Source: an uncultured Desulfosarcina sp. (lineage in GTDB: Bacteria > Desulfobacterota > Desulfobacteria > Desulfobacterales > Desulfosarcinaceae). From it: 64,000 nucleotides of DNA. Of this stretch, positions 50,493 to 62,207 are shown piece by piece. The translations under genes were made by a program, and so were the position numbers. How positions within the stretch are numbered: the first letter of the stretch is position 1; each line of letters begins with the position of its first letter. Under the pieces are notes generated by a model. It made no database searches, had not been told where the DNA came from, and saw only the letters and a program-made list of their open reading frames with translations. Where the stretch lies: positions 576,001 to 640,000 of the forward strand of contig CAXXWQ010000003.1 of assembly GCA_963674945.2 (NCBI GenBank), given 5' to 3'.

Positions 50493-50573
50493 TTTTTCCT
50501 CCATGGTTAGTAAATTTTCGTTTCAGCATATCCGAAGAGCGACGCCGCTGCCGTTTTCACTCGATCAATTCCC

Positions 50574-50600
50574 TTATCGGTCTTCTGATTTTGCACTTTA
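50574..50600 (-). promoter_or_regulatory. Sigma-28-type promoter of the pilin gene
   Basis: Minus strand TAAA-N15-ACCGATAA. Confidence 0.65.
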
Positions 50601-50634
50601 GGTAAAATATCATTCACCTATTCAACTGATATCC

Positions 50635-52134
50635 CTATCCTTTTTGCCGAATGTGAGGGGTGATGAAAATCACCAGTTCACGGGTCTGGATCTGGTTGTC
50701 CGTGTGCTTGAAAAGGCCTCCGATCAAGGGAAGGCGTCCCAGACCGGAGACGCCTTCGTGACTCTTGTCCTTGGTCTGGCTGATCAATCCGGCGAGCACC
50801 AGGGTATTGCCGCCTTGCACCCGAACGGTGGTGGCCAGTTCCTGCAGATCGATGATGGGATTCTTGATGGACTGAACCGTCGTGGTCGAGGTGGGCAGCT
50901 CCACATCGGCCTCTTCCTGGATCCGGGTGATGGTGGGAACGATGTTCATGGTCACGACGCCGTCGCCGGCGATCTGAACGGCAATTCCCAACTGAAGTCC
51001 GAGAATGGCCCGTTTGATGCTCACACCGAAGGTGACCACCTTGGTATCGTCGTCGCGGTCGACGCCGTCGATATCGCCGTAGGGAAACTGAAAGCCGACG
51101 GTCATGAGTGCCGATTTGCCGTTCATCAGGGCCAGGTGGGGATTGGACAAAACGGAAACCTCCCCCTGGGTTTGCAGGAAATCCACCACCGTGCTCAATC
51201 CGCTCTGGTCGGCCAGGGTCAGGGTGGAGCCGCCGTTGAAATTCATGTTGAAACTGTCCACAAAAAAGCCCGATGCACTGGTAAAGGCCGCATCCATGGC
51301 CGTCCAGTCGATCCCCAGTTGATTGCGGTCGGTCAGCCGGACCTCCATGATCTTGGCCTCGATAAACACCTGCCGGGAAAGCGCTTCGGTCAAGGCATCC
51401 AGAAAACGCACCATGGCCTCCACCCGTTTGGGCAGATCCGACATGTAGATGAGCCCGCCGTTTCGATTGATGCGAACGTTTCCCGCCTCGGATTTGAGCG
51501 TCCCCAGGGTCTCTTCGATGGCGCTCCAGACGTCCGCCGTCTTCTCCTTCTTGGCGGTTTTCATGATGTATTTGCCGCTGACCCCGGCATCCTCCACGCT
51601 GGAGGCGAGCATGTCCCCCCCCACCTGGATGTCCGTCTCTCCCGGCATATCCAGGTAATCGAGGGCGTAGATCCGTTCCATGAAGGTCTTGACCATCAGC
51701 ATGTCACCTTCCACGCTCCATGCATACCCGGCCCCGTTTTTCACCACCATATCCATGGCCTCGCTAAAAGTGGCCTGTTTCAAATGCACCGTGACGGTCC
51801 GGGAAAGGTCCACGTCCGACGCCACGGACAGGTTCATGGGTGCATCCTGCATGATGGCAGAAAGGGCGGTGGAGAGGGGAACGTCGTTCAAGGTCATGGA
51901 ATAGAGGGTTTCCGGCAGGTCCAACTCCGTGGTCTTGGGGTTGATCTGCATGGGAAAAGGAGGCGGTCCCGGCGTCCGTGGTTCGATATCCCGCCGGATT
52001 GCGGCTTTTATCTGATCCCGCCGTACCGGTTCGATATCCGGCGCCGCCGGTGGCGTCGCCGCACATCCGGCAAAAAGGGACAAGGCCACGACCGCCCGGA
52101 TCATCCATCGAAAGCCTTGGCGTAATCGGTTCAT
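50635..52134 (-). CDS. Lipoprotein secretin (MshL-like)
   Basis: Lipobox FAG|C; QVFIEAKIMEV, GIDW, VLSNP, LGRLPLIGGLF, ELVIFITP. Confidence 0.9.
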   Translation of the reverse strand: MNRLRQGFRWMIRAVVALSLFAGCAATPPAAPDIEPVRRDQIKAAIRRDIEPRTPGPPPFPMQINPKTTELDLPETLYSMTLNDVPLSTALSAIMQDAPMNLSVASDVDLSRTVTVHLKQATFSEAMDMVVKNGAGYAWSVEGDMLMVKTFMERIYALDYLDMPGETDIQVGGDMLASSVEDAGVSGKYIMKTAKKEKTADVWSAIEETLGTLKSEAGNVRINRNGGLIYMSDLPKRVEAMVRFLDALTEALSRQVFIEAKIMEVRLTDRNQLGIDWTAMDAAFTSASGFFVDSFNMNFNGGSTLTLADQSGLSTVVDFLQTQGEVSVLSNPHLALMNGKSALMTVGFQFPYGDIDGVDRDDDTKVVTFGVSIKRAILGLQLGIAVQIAGDGVVTMNIVPTITRIQEEADVELPTSTTTVQSIKNPIIDLQELATTVRVQGGNTLVLAGLISQTKDKSHEGVSGLGRLPLIGGLFKHTDNQIQTRELVIFITPHIRQKG

Positions 52135-52174
52135 GGTCTCCTCGACAAAAATCTGGCGCAATGACAATGATCCA

Positions 52175-52717
52175 TCAGCGCATGGTTACCGAATGGGTAA
52201 CGGCAGGTGCCGCCAGGAACCAGCGCCGTCCCCCCTTGGCCAACAAAACGCCCCTGTCCGTAATTTCTCTGACGACGAATGCTCCGCATCTCTCTCCCTC
52301 CGTGTAAATATGCCCTCCCAGCATGGCCAGCGGACGGCTGGAGCCCCGGTCCTGAATGGCACGACGGGTCACGATACCGGTCAACGACGGCAACGATACC
52401 GGTTGCGCGACCGTCCGTTTTGGCATTGCGGCCGAAGGGGGCCTGGTTTGTTGCGTCTTTGGTGGCACCGGACTTGCCGCCGTCTTGAAACGTAGGGCCA
52501 GTTCATTCACCTCCGAACCGATCGATTCGGCCTTTTCGGTCATGATCGTTTTCAAATGACGCAGGGACCGATCCATGGCGTGGACCTGGGGGCTGTATCC
52601 GGACAGGGGCGTATCCACAAGCGACAGGAGGGCAAAACCGTTGAACGCTGCGACCAGAATACCGGCCATCAGCCACCCCCCCATCCACAGATGTTTCGCC
52701 ATTTTTTCCGATACCAT
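52175..52717 (-). CDS. MshK/PilP-like pilus protein
   Basis: TM, Pro-rich linker, LTGI..AML.G..Y.EG; directly upstream of the secretin. Confidence 0.55.
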   Translation of the reverse strand: MVSEKMAKHLWMGGWLMAGILVAAFNGFALLSLVDTPLSGYSPQVHAMDRSLRHLKTIMTEKAESIGSEVNELALRFKTAASPVPPKTQQTRPPSAAMPKRTVAQPVSLPSLTGIVTRRAIQDRGSSRPLAMLGGHIYTEGERCGAFVVREITDRGVLLAKGGRRWFLAAPAVTHSVTMR

Positions 52718-52718
52718 A

Positions 52719-53240
52719 TCAACCCGACCCTTCCGGCGACATCGGCGCATATCGATAATCGAAAGAGGCCTGCATCCGTCCGGTACGATGGTGTTCATCG
52801 AACGTCACATCGACGCGCCCGAGGTTCAGATAGGGATGTTCCTTTTCCACCGCCGTCAACCACGTCACGATTGCCGTGACCGAACCGGTGGCGAACACGT
52901 CGATGGGCACCGCCCGGTCCCCCTGGAAATTCGTTTTGGCCTCTACCCGCATCTGTGTCATGCCCGCTTCCCGGGAAATTCGTTTCAAGCCGTTTTCAAC
53001 AACCAGAAAACCCAACCCGAAAGAGTCTACCCGATGAACGAGACGGGCCTTTTGGGCACGTACCGCAGCAATTCCGGAACGATTCGCGTTGAGGTATCGC
53101 ATGTCCATTTTAAGGGCTTCCAGGTCCTGACGGCGCCGTTGCACGTCTGAAATCCGAACCATGTTCCATCCGGTCATGACCAACACCACGCCCCAAAGCA
53201 CACCGACGGCAAGCCATCGCTTATTGAATCGATCCATCAT
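52719..53240 (-). CDS. MshJ/PilO-like protein
   Basis: N-terminal TM plus coiled coil; operon position. Confidence 0.55.
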   Translation of the reverse strand: MMDRFNKRWLAVGVLWGVVLVMTGWNMVRISDVQRRRQDLEALKMDMRYLNANRSGIAAVRAQKARLVHRVDSFGLGFLVVENGLKRISREAGMTQMRVEAKTNFQGDRAVPIDVFATGSVTAIVTWLTAVEKEHPYLNLGRVDVTFDEHHRTGRMQASFDYRYAPMSPEGSG

Positions 53241-54652
53241 AGCAGATCCAGTCCTATGCGTATCCGGTATACCGGCCGGTCGTCGACACCCTCGGGCCGA
53301 ACAAGAGAGATTTCCACGTCCTTCTCATGGAGCATTGGGGCTTTGGATTCGAATCGACGGTTCAACCGACGGATAAACGCCTGCAAAGCGGCTCTGAATG
53401 TTTCGGGGTCGTCCCCATGAACGACAGCATCGAGGGTCAGACGCGGTGTCGAAGAGAGATCGACGGAAAGCTTTTCCATGGATACGGAATCGTCCAGGGC
53501 CAGCAGGGCCTGCATGGTGGATCTCGCGCCCGAAGGTCGCTGCAGCGATTGCCGGATTTCCTCGATGGAGGAAGTGGTCTGGTCGAGTACCATGGCAGGT
53601 GGTTGATCACCGGACATCCGCAACCGCTGGATCTGCCGGTCGGCATCGTCGGACCATTTGACCAAAAACGCCGTTTCGATAAATAAAAGCACGGCCACCA
53701 CCGCACCGACGGCGATTCCGGTCCATTGTACCGTCCGCCAGTGCAATTCCCGTTTGAGCGGTTTATGGGAAATGGCGAGACTGTCCGTCATGGCCAGATC
53801 ATCCATGGAAAAAGGCAAACAACAAACGGGCATGATTCCGCCCACACAGCCATCTTCCGGCGACCGGGGATCGGTCAGCGGCCGGATTTCCCGACCCAGC
53901 AACTCCGCCAGTGCACTCTGGGCCGCCCCGTCGGATGACAGCAGATACAGCGTTTCCACCGCACTTTTGGTCTTTTGGGAATAGTGGTAAAAGGACTGAT
54001 TGATTTCGTAGTTCAACAGATTGTAGGTCTGTGTGGCATCATCGGTGGAATTGGGGAGTTGAATCGTTCGAGAAAAAAGATATTGTCCCCGAAAGAACAG
54101 GTACAGAAAGCAATCCGTCTCACACAGGTGGATTACACCGATCCCTTTCCCGTCGAATCCGTCCACCAGGTCCTTCAGCTTGGCCTGCCATAAAAGGGCG
54201 GGCGAAGTAATACGAACGGGGTTGATCCCCAAATCCGCCATTCGTTCATAAAGCCCATATGCAGCGGGTTCCTGGAGAAAATAGGTGTACAGGACCGATC
54301 CTCCATCCGGATCCGTGGCCATGGCGTAGGAAAAAAAATCCGGTGCCTTTTCGAGCGCGGGTTGCTCGGATCGTAGCTTTCGTTCGATAAAGGCTTCCAC
54401 CACTGATTTCTTGCGCGCCTGGAAACGGTCTGCGCGACTTCCGATCCAATAGTCCGGGACCACAAGCAACTGGTTGACCGCACGGTTGGCCAGTTTGGCA
54501 AGTGGATCGGCGTGCCCGCCGTCCTGGGACATGAAATCGTCCATGCTGCGGCTGGCGATCTCCATCTGGCTTCCGTTGCCCTGAATCTCGGCAAAACGCA
54601 CCCCTTGTTCACTGGCGACACAGATCAATTGTTTCCGGCGTCGTATCATCAT
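53237..54652 (-). CDS. MshI / PilM-PilN-like protein
   Basis: FSRTI..EINQSFYHY PilM-like segment followed by TM and periplasmic part. Confidence 0.6.
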   Translation of the reverse strand: MMIRRRKQLICVASEQGVRFAEIQGNGSQMEIASRSMDDFMSQDGGHADPLAKLANRAVNQLLVVPDYWIGSRADRFQARKKSVVEAFIERKLRSEQPALEKAPDFFSYAMATDPDGGSVLYTYFLQEPAAYGLYERMADLGINPVRITSPALLWQAKLKDLVDGFDGKGIGVIHLCETDCFLYLFFRGQYLFSRTIQLPNSTDDATQTYNLLNYEINQSFYHYSQKTKSAVETLYLLSSDGAAQSALAELLGREIRPLTDPRSPEDGCVGGIMPVCCLPFSMDDLAMTDSLAISHKPLKRELHWRTVQWTGIAVGAVVAVLLFIETAFLVKWSDDADRQIQRLRMSGDQPPAMVLDQTTSSIEEIRQSLQRPSGARSTMQALLALDDSVSMEKLSVDLSSTPRLTLDAVVHGDDPETFRAALQAFIRRLNRRFESKAPMLHEKDVEISLVRPEGVDDRPVYRIRIGLDLL

Positions 54653-54659
54653 GCCATAC

Positions 54660-54686
54660 TTATCGGCATGCCCAGTTGTTACTTTA
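54660..54686 (-). promoter_or_regulatory. Sigma-28-type promoter of the pilus assembly operon
   Basis: Exact TAAA-N15-GCCGATAA on the minus strand, 7 nt before ATG 54652. Confidence 0.75.
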
Positions 54687-54824
54687 TCGTTCTTTTTTTA
54701 TTGACAAAATGGGTCTTGTTTTGACTTATCCGGGGAATATGCTAATTATATGGGTAACCAAACGCCGGAAAATGGAAACAAATCGGCATTGCCGCGGCAA
54801 TGTCTCCGAATCAGGGGAGGAACG

Positions 54825-55388
54825 ATGATGAGAAGAAGATGGATCCCCGTGATCGTACTGGTCGTAATTGCGCTGGGATGTTCAGGTGTCCAGGTCAGTC
54901 AGGATTACGCGCCGGGAGCGAATCTGACGGCACTTCGGACGTATCGGTGGAAGTCGCCGACACAGGAAAAAACCGGTGATCCGCGCATCGACAATCCGCT
55001 TCGCAACGAACGGATTCGGGCGGCGGTGGATGGGCAACTGGCAGGCAAGGGATTTGTGAAAGCAAACGATGAGGATCCGGATTTTTTGGTCCAATATCAA
55101 AACCTCCTCAGACGGAAGATCGAATCCGCCGGCACCAGCGGGGGTGTGGGATTCGGATTGGGCAGTTACGGTCGTCACGGTACAATCGCCATCGGCACGG
55201 GCAATGACGTTCGAGAATACGATGAAGGTTCCCTCGTCATCGACTTCCTTGATCCGGGTTCCGACGATCTGCTATGGCGCGGCAGCGGCAATCAGCGGTA
55301 CAGGGAATACAAGGACCCGGAGAAGGCGACCCGGGACATCAACACGCTGGTGGAGAATATTTTGAAACAGTTTCCCCCCAAAAACTAA
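54825..55388 (+). CDS. DUF4136 lipoprotein
   Basis: Lipobox ALG|C; YDEGSLVID, LLWRG, FPP; RBS GGAGG. Confidence 0.85.
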   Translation: MMRRRWIPVIVLVVIALGCSGVQVSQDYAPGANLTALRTYRWKSPTQEKTGDPRIDNPLRNERIRAAVDGQLAGKGFVKANDEDPDFLVQYQNLLRRKIESAGTSGGVGFGLGSYGRHGTIAIGTGNDVREYDEGSLVIDFLDPGSDDLLWRGSGNQRYREYKDPEKATRDINTLVENILKQFPPKN

Positions 55389-55400
55389 AGCGGAGCGCAG

Positions 55401-58400
55401 TTGCCTCTATTTTTCGACAAGCGGGATCGGGATCTCCTCAAAATCGTCAACGCCGTTCTCAGCCGGACGGCCCCCGAAAAGTCCAGGAAAAAAGAGCTGT
55501 TTCCCTGGTTCCATCCCCACGGCATCAAGGAGCTTGCCGAAACCCGGGGGCTTCGCGTGGCCTACGCCGTCATCCATCTTTTGGATTCCTTGGAGATCGG
55601 TGATCTGGAAGATCGCCTCGATGCCCTTCGCGCCTTGCGGGATGAGGTCCGCCACGCCGCCGCCGGCAGCATGCCGAAAAATGCCGCCCGGGTGCTGTTG
55701 TCCATCATGAAGGACCTGGTTCGGGCCCATGGTGACGAAATCGAACAACTCAAGCTGGCCCACGATTTCAGGCGGGTAGCCACGGGAAAACCCACCATCA
55801 TCCGCGAAATGCTGCGGCGCTATCACCTGCTGGAGATGCCCGAGGCCTGGAACCAGCTCGCTTTCGATGACCACGTCCACGACGTCAACACCAAGGGACG
55901 AAAATCCGCTTCCCATCTTATCATGGACGCATGGATCAAGGGAATCCGGCGTCTTCGGGTCATCTACTACAACTTCATCGATCCGCCGTCGGCCGCCGAA
56001 CTATTGGAAGCCGCCCAGATCATGGGGGTCGACATCCGCATCGGCATCGAGTTCTCGGCACGATTCAGGAATCGCTACGTTCAATTGATCTGGGTTCCCC
56101 GGGGCTTTTCCGATGCCCAGAGTTTTCTCTGTTTCCTTGCCGAAGAGCCGGTGAAACAACTCATGGACCAGGGACGGTCGGTCACCCGCTTTCGCCAGCA
56201 GTACGTTCTGGAAATTCTCGGTGCCTTCAACCGTGTCCATCGGCACACCCTCAACGCCGAACTGGGCATCGACCTGCCGATACTGGAACCGGAGTCCTTT
56301 TTGCGTTTCGTTCGCCCGGGTCAACCGTCCATTCTTCACCTGGCCAAGTATATCCATCATCGATTGGTCCCGCTGATGGCAGATCGCATGGAACAACTGC
56401 GCAAGGATTACGACAGGACGGACCACAACCAACGGCAGGGAATCGCCGCCCAGGTGGCGAAGATGAACGACCTGGATTCCGAAATTATCGTCCGGCGATT
56501 TTTGCGCCCGGAAGTGAATTCCGACATTCCCGATCCCAATCGGGTACACGAAGATCCGAAGACGCCAGACCTTTTGTACCTCAGCCCGCGGCAACTGGTG
56601 GACCGGCTCACATCCCTTCGTACCGGTTACCGCATCACCATGAACCTCACCGATCTGTCGCCCGAGGATGTGGTGGAGATTCTCTACGATTGCGAAGGCC
56701 AGATCAATCGCCTCGAAATCTTCAATCTCAAGGACTACAAGACGGGCAAGACCCGTCACATGGCCGAAATCAGCGAACTCCAGCTGGCCCTGAACGAGGG
56801 CAATACCATCCACCTGAAACGGTTGATTCGGCGAATCATCGGCAGGCTCACCACGGCCGACCCCTTTCCGGGGAAAAGCGACCGTATCGAAAAGCTGGGC
56901 ATCATCCTGCACGATATCGGTGCATTCTCGGCCATGTACAGCGCCGTCCCCATAAAACCGAGAATCGGCAGCGACTCCACCGGCCACTCTTCCCGCATGT
57001 ATGGCATGGGACTGGCCATCTTGGACACCCTGCCCGCCCATGTCCGCCGCCGTTATAAACCGCGATCCCGCACGACAACGGTCCCGACGGATCCTGAGAA
57101 TCCATTGGAAACGGGCAAAGAGGCATTTCGCACCATCATCCCCTTTCATGTCCCCGTATACCGGAGAGTCACCCACATCCCCTACCAGAGTCCCAAAGGT
57201 TCCCAGGGAATTCACCAACGGCTGCTCCAGCGCCTTCCCATGCTCAAGATGGTGGGAAAAATCCGCCAGGTGGACTGGCTGGTGCAAACCCACCTGGCCC
57301 ACATGGGTGCGTCCGGCAATGTCATCACCTTGGGCGGCATTTCCCATCGGTCGGACAATGGTCTGCGACTGGATCGTCATCCAAATTCGCCGCCCAGGCA
57401 AAGGCTGTCCCTGACATACCTGAACAGCAACTTTAAAAATGGTCTCAAAATCCTTTTGGGATTCGTACCGGCCTTCCTCTCTTTCTATCTGACCAACGAT
57501 TGGTGGGTACTGGCCTATCTGGGGGCATTCATCTGGTTCGGCATCACGGGCTTTCGCAATATCGTCCAGTCGGTGCTCGGTGGCGGCGGAATCCGTCGTT
57601 CCCCGGTAATGCGTTGGAACGACTACGTCAGCTGGGTAAGAATCTCCGATTCGCTCCTCTTTACCGGATTTTCCGTGCCGCTTTTGGATTATCTGGTAAA
57701 AACCGTATTCCTGGACCGGCTTTTGGGGGTAACGACGGCGTCAAACCCCATCTTGCTCTACACGGTGATGGCCCTGGCAAACGGTATCTATCTGTCAAGC
57801 CACAACCTGTTTCGGGGGCTGCCCCGAACCGCGGTATACGGTAACTTCTTTCGCAGCCTGCTCTCCATTCCCATCGCCGTCCTCTTCAACATCCTCATCG
57901 GTGCCCTGTTGGGGCTATTCGGGGTTACCGGCATCGACGGGCATCTGCAAAAATGGGCGGCGGTCATCTCCAAGGGAGCATCGGACACCATCGCCGGTAT
58001 TATCGAAGGAGCGGCGGACCGGTTCACCAATATCCAGACCCGATTCAAGGACTATACCGATACCCTCTCTCTCTTGTTTTCCACCTACGGTCAGCTGGAG
58101 GCCATGCTTCCCGAACTGAACGTATTCGAGACACTTGACGCCATCGGGAAAGAACGGATGCAAATCAACCGGGACGCGGAAGACCTGGAAAAACGCGTCG
58201 TCATCGGATCGCTGGATATGCTCTACTATTGGATGTACCAGCCCCGGGCAAGAACCGTTTTGCAATACCTGGCAAAGACCCTTTCCGACGAAGAGAAACG
58301 AATCCTTCTGGGATGTCTGTCGATTCTAAAACGGGAGCGGGAGATCAGTCAGATGTTCATCGATGGTTTCGTGGGCATTCATTTCTCGAAAGGTCTGTCC

Positions 58401-58469
58401 TTCTACCTGCAATGTGCACCCGGTTACCTGAAGATCGCGGACCGGCTCTTTGGACCCCGGAAGCAATGA
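55401..58469 (+). CDS. Large protein with degenerate PHP-like domain and C-terminal multi-TM region
   Basis: DDHVHD, IGIEFS, IGSDSTG; several hydrophobic helices after about aa 680; TTG start. Confidence 0.7.
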   Translation: MPLFFDKRDRDLLKIVNAVLSRTAPEKSRKKELFPWFHPHGIKELAETRGLRVAYAVIHLLDSLEIGDLEDRLDALRALRDEVRHAAAGSMPKNAARVLLSIMKDLVRAHGDEIEQLKLAHDFRRVATGKPTIIREMLRRYHLLEMPEAWNQLAFDDHVHDVNTKGRKSASHLIMDAWIKGIRRLRVIYYNFIDPPSAAELLEAAQIMGVDIRIGIEFSARFRNRYVQLIWVPRGFSDAQSFLCFLAEEPVKQLMDQGRSVTRFRQQYVLEILGAFNRVHRHTLNAELGIDLPILEPESFLRFVRPGQPSILHLAKYIHHRLVPLMADRMEQLRKDYDRTDHNQRQGIAAQVAKMNDLDSEIIVRRFLRPEVNSDIPDPNRVHEDPKTPDLLYLSPRQLVDRLTSLRTGYRITMNLTDLSPEDVVEILYDCEGQINRLEIFNLKDYKTGKTRHMAEISELQLALNEGNTIHLKRLIRRIIGRLTTADPFPGKSDRIEKLGIILHDIGAFSAMYSAVPIKPRIGSDSTGHSSRMYGMGLAILDTLPAHVRRRYKPRSRTTTVPTDPENPLETGKEAFRTIIPFHVPVYRRVTHIPYQSPKGSQGIHQRLLQRLPMLKMVGKIRQVDWLVQTHLAHMGASGNVITLGGISHRSDNGLRLDRHPNSPPRQRLSLTYLNSNFKNGLKILLGFVPAFLSFYLTNDWWVLAYLGAFIWFGITGFRNIVQSVLGGGGIRRSPVMRWNDYVSWVRISDSLLFTGFSVPLLDYLVKTVFLDRLLGVTTASNPILLYTVMALANGIYLSSHNLFRGLPRTAVYGNFFRSLLSIPIAVLFNILIGALLGLFGVTGIDGHLQKWAAVISKGASDTIAGIIEGAADRFTNIQTRFKDYTDTLSLLFSTYGQLEAMLPELNVFETLDAIGKERMQINRDAEDLEKRVVIGSLDMLYYWMYQPRARTVLQYLAKTLSDEEKRILLGCLSILKREREISQMFIDGFVGIHFSKGLSFYLQCAPGYLKIADRLFGPRKQ

Positions 58470-58545
58470 AAATTCTTTTCGTGCACAGCCAGTTGTTGGG
58501 TGGGCACCAATAACGGTTCATCAATCGATAGAGGAGAAAACGACG

Positions 58546-60201
58546 ATGACGATTCATGAAATGGCAGGAAAATTGGCGCCGAAAACCATGCTTGCCAATA
58601 TCCCCAGGCTCGTGTCGGCTTACTACACGCACCGGCCGGACGTTTCCGAACCGAGCCAGCGCGTCGTTTTCGGAACTTCGGGTCACCGGGGGTCGGCACT
58701 GAAGAACAGTTTCAACGAAGATCATATTCTGGCGATCAGCCAGGCCATTTGCGAATATCGGACATCCCAAAACATCAGCGGGCCGCTTTTCATGGGAATG
58801 GATCCCCACGCCTTGTCCGAACCGGCCCTGGCCAGCGCACTCGAGGTCTTTGCCGCCGCCGGTGTCAACGTGATGGTGCAGAAAGGGTTGGGCTATACGC
58901 CCACGCCGGTAATCTCCCATGCCATTTTGACCTATAATCGAAACCGGCAGCAGGCCCTGTCAGACGGTGTGGTCATCACCCCATCCCACAATCCCCCGGA
59001 AGACGGCGGATTTAAGTACAATCCACCCCATGGCGGACCGGCGGGCGATGAGATCACCCGGCGCATTGCCGACAGAGCCAACGAACTATTGGACAAGGGG
59101 ACGGATCGGATCAACCGAATCCCCTTCGAAAATGCACGCAACGCCCATACGACCCATGCGTACGATTACATCACGCCCTATGTGAACGATCTTGTCAACG
59201 TGATCGATATGGAAAAGATCGCGGCCTCCGGTCTCAAACTCGCCGTGGATCCGTTGGGTGGGGCCGCCGTCGACTATTGGGAGCCCATTGCCGCGCGCTA
59301 CAACCTCTCCATCGAAATCGTCAATCCTTTTGTAGATCCCACATTCTCCTTTATGACCCTGGACAAGGACGGAAAGATCCGCATGGATTGCTCTTCTCCG
59401 TATGCCATGCAAGGGCTGATCGGCCTGATCGACAACTATGACATCGCCTTCGGAAACGATACCGACGTCGATCGCCACGGGATCGTTACCAGAAGCGCCG
59501 GGCTGCTCAATCCCAATCATTATCTGGCGGTGGCGATCTGGTATCTGTTTCAACATCGCCCCCGATGGCGACCATCGGCGGCCGTGGGGAAAACCCTGGT
59601 ATCCACTTCCATCATCGACCGGGTGGCGAATCACCTCCGAAGAGAACTGTGCGAAGTGCCCGTTGGTTTCAAATGGTTCGTTAACGGTCTGCAGAAGGGT
59701 GAATTCGGATTCGGCGGCGAAGAGAGCGCCGGCGCCGCCTTTCTGCGCCGAAACGGTTCCGTTTGGACCACGGACAAAGACGGTATTATCATGGATCTTC
59801 TGGCTGCCGAGATCATGGCCGAAACCGGCAGAGACCCGGGTGAACTTTACGCCGACCTCGAGGAACAATTCGGTACCTCGGTCTATGAGCGAATCGATGC
59901 CCCTGCAACGTTCGAGCAAAAGGCAATTTTGAAAAGGCTCTCCCCGGAAGCGATCACAGCCGGAGAATTGGCCGGAGAGCCCATCATTGCCAAACATACA
60001 AAGGCTCCGGGCAACCAGGCCCCGTTGGGGGGATTGAAAGTCGTTACGGAAAACGGATGGTTTGCCGCCCGTCCATCGGGAACCGAGGATATTTACAAAA
60101 TTTATGCGGAGAGTTTTAAGGGCCGGACTCATTTGGCGCAGATTCAGAAAGAAGCCCGGGAAATCGTCGGCAAGGCTTTTCACAGTGGGAGCACGAAATA
60201 G
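58546..60201 (+). CDS. pgm: Phosphoglucomutase
   Basis: [54 protein letters not shown]. Confidence 0.95.
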   Translation: MTIHEMAGKLAPKTMLANIPRLVSAYYTHRPDVSEPSQRVVFGTSGHRGSALKNSFNEDHILAISQAICEYRTSQNISGPLFMGMDPHALSEPALASALEVFAAAGVNVMVQKGLGYTPTPVISHAILTYNRNRQQALSDGVVITPSHNPPEDGGFKYNPPHGGPAGDEITRRIADRANELLDKGTDRINRIPFENARNAHTTHAYDYITPYVNDLVNVIDMEKIAASGLKLAVDPLGGAAVDYWEPIAARYNLSIEIVNPFVDPTFSFMTLDKDGKIRMDCSSPYAMQGLIGLIDNYDIAFGNDTDVDRHGIVTRSAGLLNPNHYLAVAIWYLFQHRPRWRPSAAVGKTLVSTSIIDRVANHLRRELCEVPVGFKWFVNGLQKGEFGFGGEESAGAAFLRRNGSVWTTDKDGIIMDLLAAEIMAETGRDPGELYADLEEQFGTSVYERIDAPATFEQKAILKRLSPEAITAGELAGEPIIAKHTKAPGNQAPLGGLKVVTENGWFAARPSGTEDIYKIYAESFKGRTHLAQIQKEAREIVGKAFHSGSTK

Positions 60202-60203
60202 CG

Positions 60204-60722
60204 AAGGATTCGAGCCACGACTTCGGAAAAGATGTACTGCCGCTGCTTGTGCAGGGGCAAAAGGTCTACGCCTACCGATTCGGCGGTGAAGAGGGTCGGG
60301 TAACGCCCGATCGATACTGGAGGGATGTCGGTACAATAGAGGCCTATTACAAGGCGATAATAGAAAAATCCATCCTGTTTCGTAACGTTCGCGTCGGTGT
60401 CGGCGCCAGATTGAAAAATTGTATCATCGATAAAAGCGTTGTGATTCCCCCTGAGGAACAAATTGGTCACGATTTGGCCACGGACCGGCAACGCTTTGCG
60501 GTAACCGAAAACGGAATCGTCGTCGTTCCCCATGGCGTTGTTTTTGCGTCATATCCGGCAAAACCCGACAAAGAGACAGAGACCGCAAGATCCGGTTGCA
60601 TTCGATTTTATGGACTCCCCCGGAACATACAGAACTTCCCGGTGGCCAAAATTGATAATCTCTTAAAAAGATTCGTAAAAATTCCATCCCCTGCCCCCAC
60701 ACCCACAGGCCATCCATTATAA
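60204..60722 (+). pseudogene. glgC: Glucose-1-phosphate adenylyltransferase remnant
   Basis: SHDFGKDVLP, YWRDVGTIEAYY joined directly to IIEKSILF..NCIIDK..GIVVVP; N-terminal part absent. Confidence 0.85.
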
Positions 60723-61008
60723 CTGCGTTTGACAAAATCCGGTGACGAGGGCTACTATGTAAGTATTGCCACGCAATGGACTTGTCAGATACATTCAGCG
60801 GCGGGGGTAAAATGCCCCTCGCCGGAAAATTCATTCGGTAGCCCCTCTATGACCAGGGCGGTGGATCGAGGCATTTCGTTGCCTTTTACCATGCCTTTCG
60901 AGACACAATCATCGTTCGACTTGTTGCGACGCCATTTTCCCATCACCATTGCGAAAGAATACTTCAGTCCGGCGCCCCAGATGGTTTTTGTGTAGCAAGG
61001 AGAGAATT

Positions 61009-61428
61009 ATGTTTAAACTGATTGTTGTCGCCCTGGACGGGTCGGCGCATAGTGTAAAAGCGCTCGATTATGCTCGAGAACTGGCGGTAAAGCACGATTC
61101 AAAGCTTATTTTGCTGCATGCCTTCCATTCCACGTCAGATCTTCGAGGGTCTGAAGGCTTTAACCAAATGATAGGAAAACGGAAACAAAAAGGACAAGAA
61201 ATCCTCAACGATGCGTGCAAACGGATAGGGCACGCACCCTTTGACGTGGAAGAGGATTTGCTGGAAGGTCCCGCAGCCGATGCAATTGTCTCGGTCGTCG
61301 AAGCGCGGAATGCGGATTTGGTTGTGATGGGTACACGGGGGATGGGCTCTCTAAAGGGATTACTCTTCGGAAGCGTCAGCGCAAAGGTTACCCAATACGC
61401 CCCGTGCTCGGTGTTGGTTGTTCGATGA
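61009..61428 (+). CDS. Universal stress protein
   Basis: VALDGS, DLVVMGTRG....LLFGSVS, PCSVLVV. Confidence 0.92.
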   Translation: MFKLIVVALDGSAHSVKALDYARELAVKHDSKLILLHAFHSTSDLRGSEGFNQMIGKRKQKGQEILNDACKRIGHAPFDVEEDLLEGPAADAIVSVVEARNADLVVMGTRGMGSLKGLLFGSVSAKVTQYAPCSVLVVR

Positions 61429-61456
61429 ATGGATGTTCTGCAACAGGAAAACAAAT

Positions 61457-61984
61457 ATGAAAACCACCACGGAATGCGGATACTGGGACAAAATGAAAAC
61501 CTGCCAGGTTGACATGGCGGATCTTACCGACCTTCCCAGCTATCACAGACAGACGATCCCCGAAGATTACATGGATAAAATGGGTCACATGAATGTTCGC
61601 TATTACATGGCCGTATTTGACAGCGCAACTTGGTGCATGTTTGCGGACTATGGTCTGGACGAATCATATTTCAGCACGACGAAAAACGGAGTTTTCGCAC
61701 TGAAGCAGTTCATCCGGTATCTGGCTGAGGTCAGGCAGGGGGAGACCGTCGCTGTTTATTCCCGCATACTCGGCCTGACGGATAAGCGAATTCACTCGAT
61801 GCATTTCATGGCCAATCAGGACACCAACCAATTGGCGGCCACCATCGAATCCTTGACGACCCACGCGAATCTGGAGGTTCGCAAAGCGGCCCCCCTCCCT
61901 TCTGAAATAGCCGCCGGATTTCGTTCTCGTCTGCACAAAGACCGGAATCTGGACTGGGAACCTCCGGTTTCCGGCATAATATAA
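61457..61984 (+). CDS. Hot-dog fold thioesterase family protein
   Basis: DKMGHMNV.YY...FD. Start uncertain. Confidence 0.8.
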   Translation: MKTTTECGYWDKMKTCQVDMADLTDLPSYHRQTIPEDYMDKMGHMNVRYYMAVFDSATWCMFADYGLDESYFSTTKNGVFALKQFIRYLAEVRQGETVAVYSRILGLTDKRIHSMHFMANQDTNQLAATIESLTTHANLEVRKAAPLPSEIAAGFRSRLHKDRNLDWEPPVSGII

Positions 61985-62207
61985 TGAGCGTTGGAAAGAC
62001 AATACGGAAAATAAAAAAATACGACAAGATCGAAAACGCATTGTTTGTCACAGACGCCGCTGGATTCGGGCGTATGGCGTGTAATCACAAGCTTTGACGG
62101 TCTCAGGTTTCCGAAGACATCCTGTACGTATCTTTTCCGGGAGCAATTCCTGGACGAAGATTCGAATACCACCTACCACCGTTAAACCCAAACAGGAGGA
62201 TGGAAAA

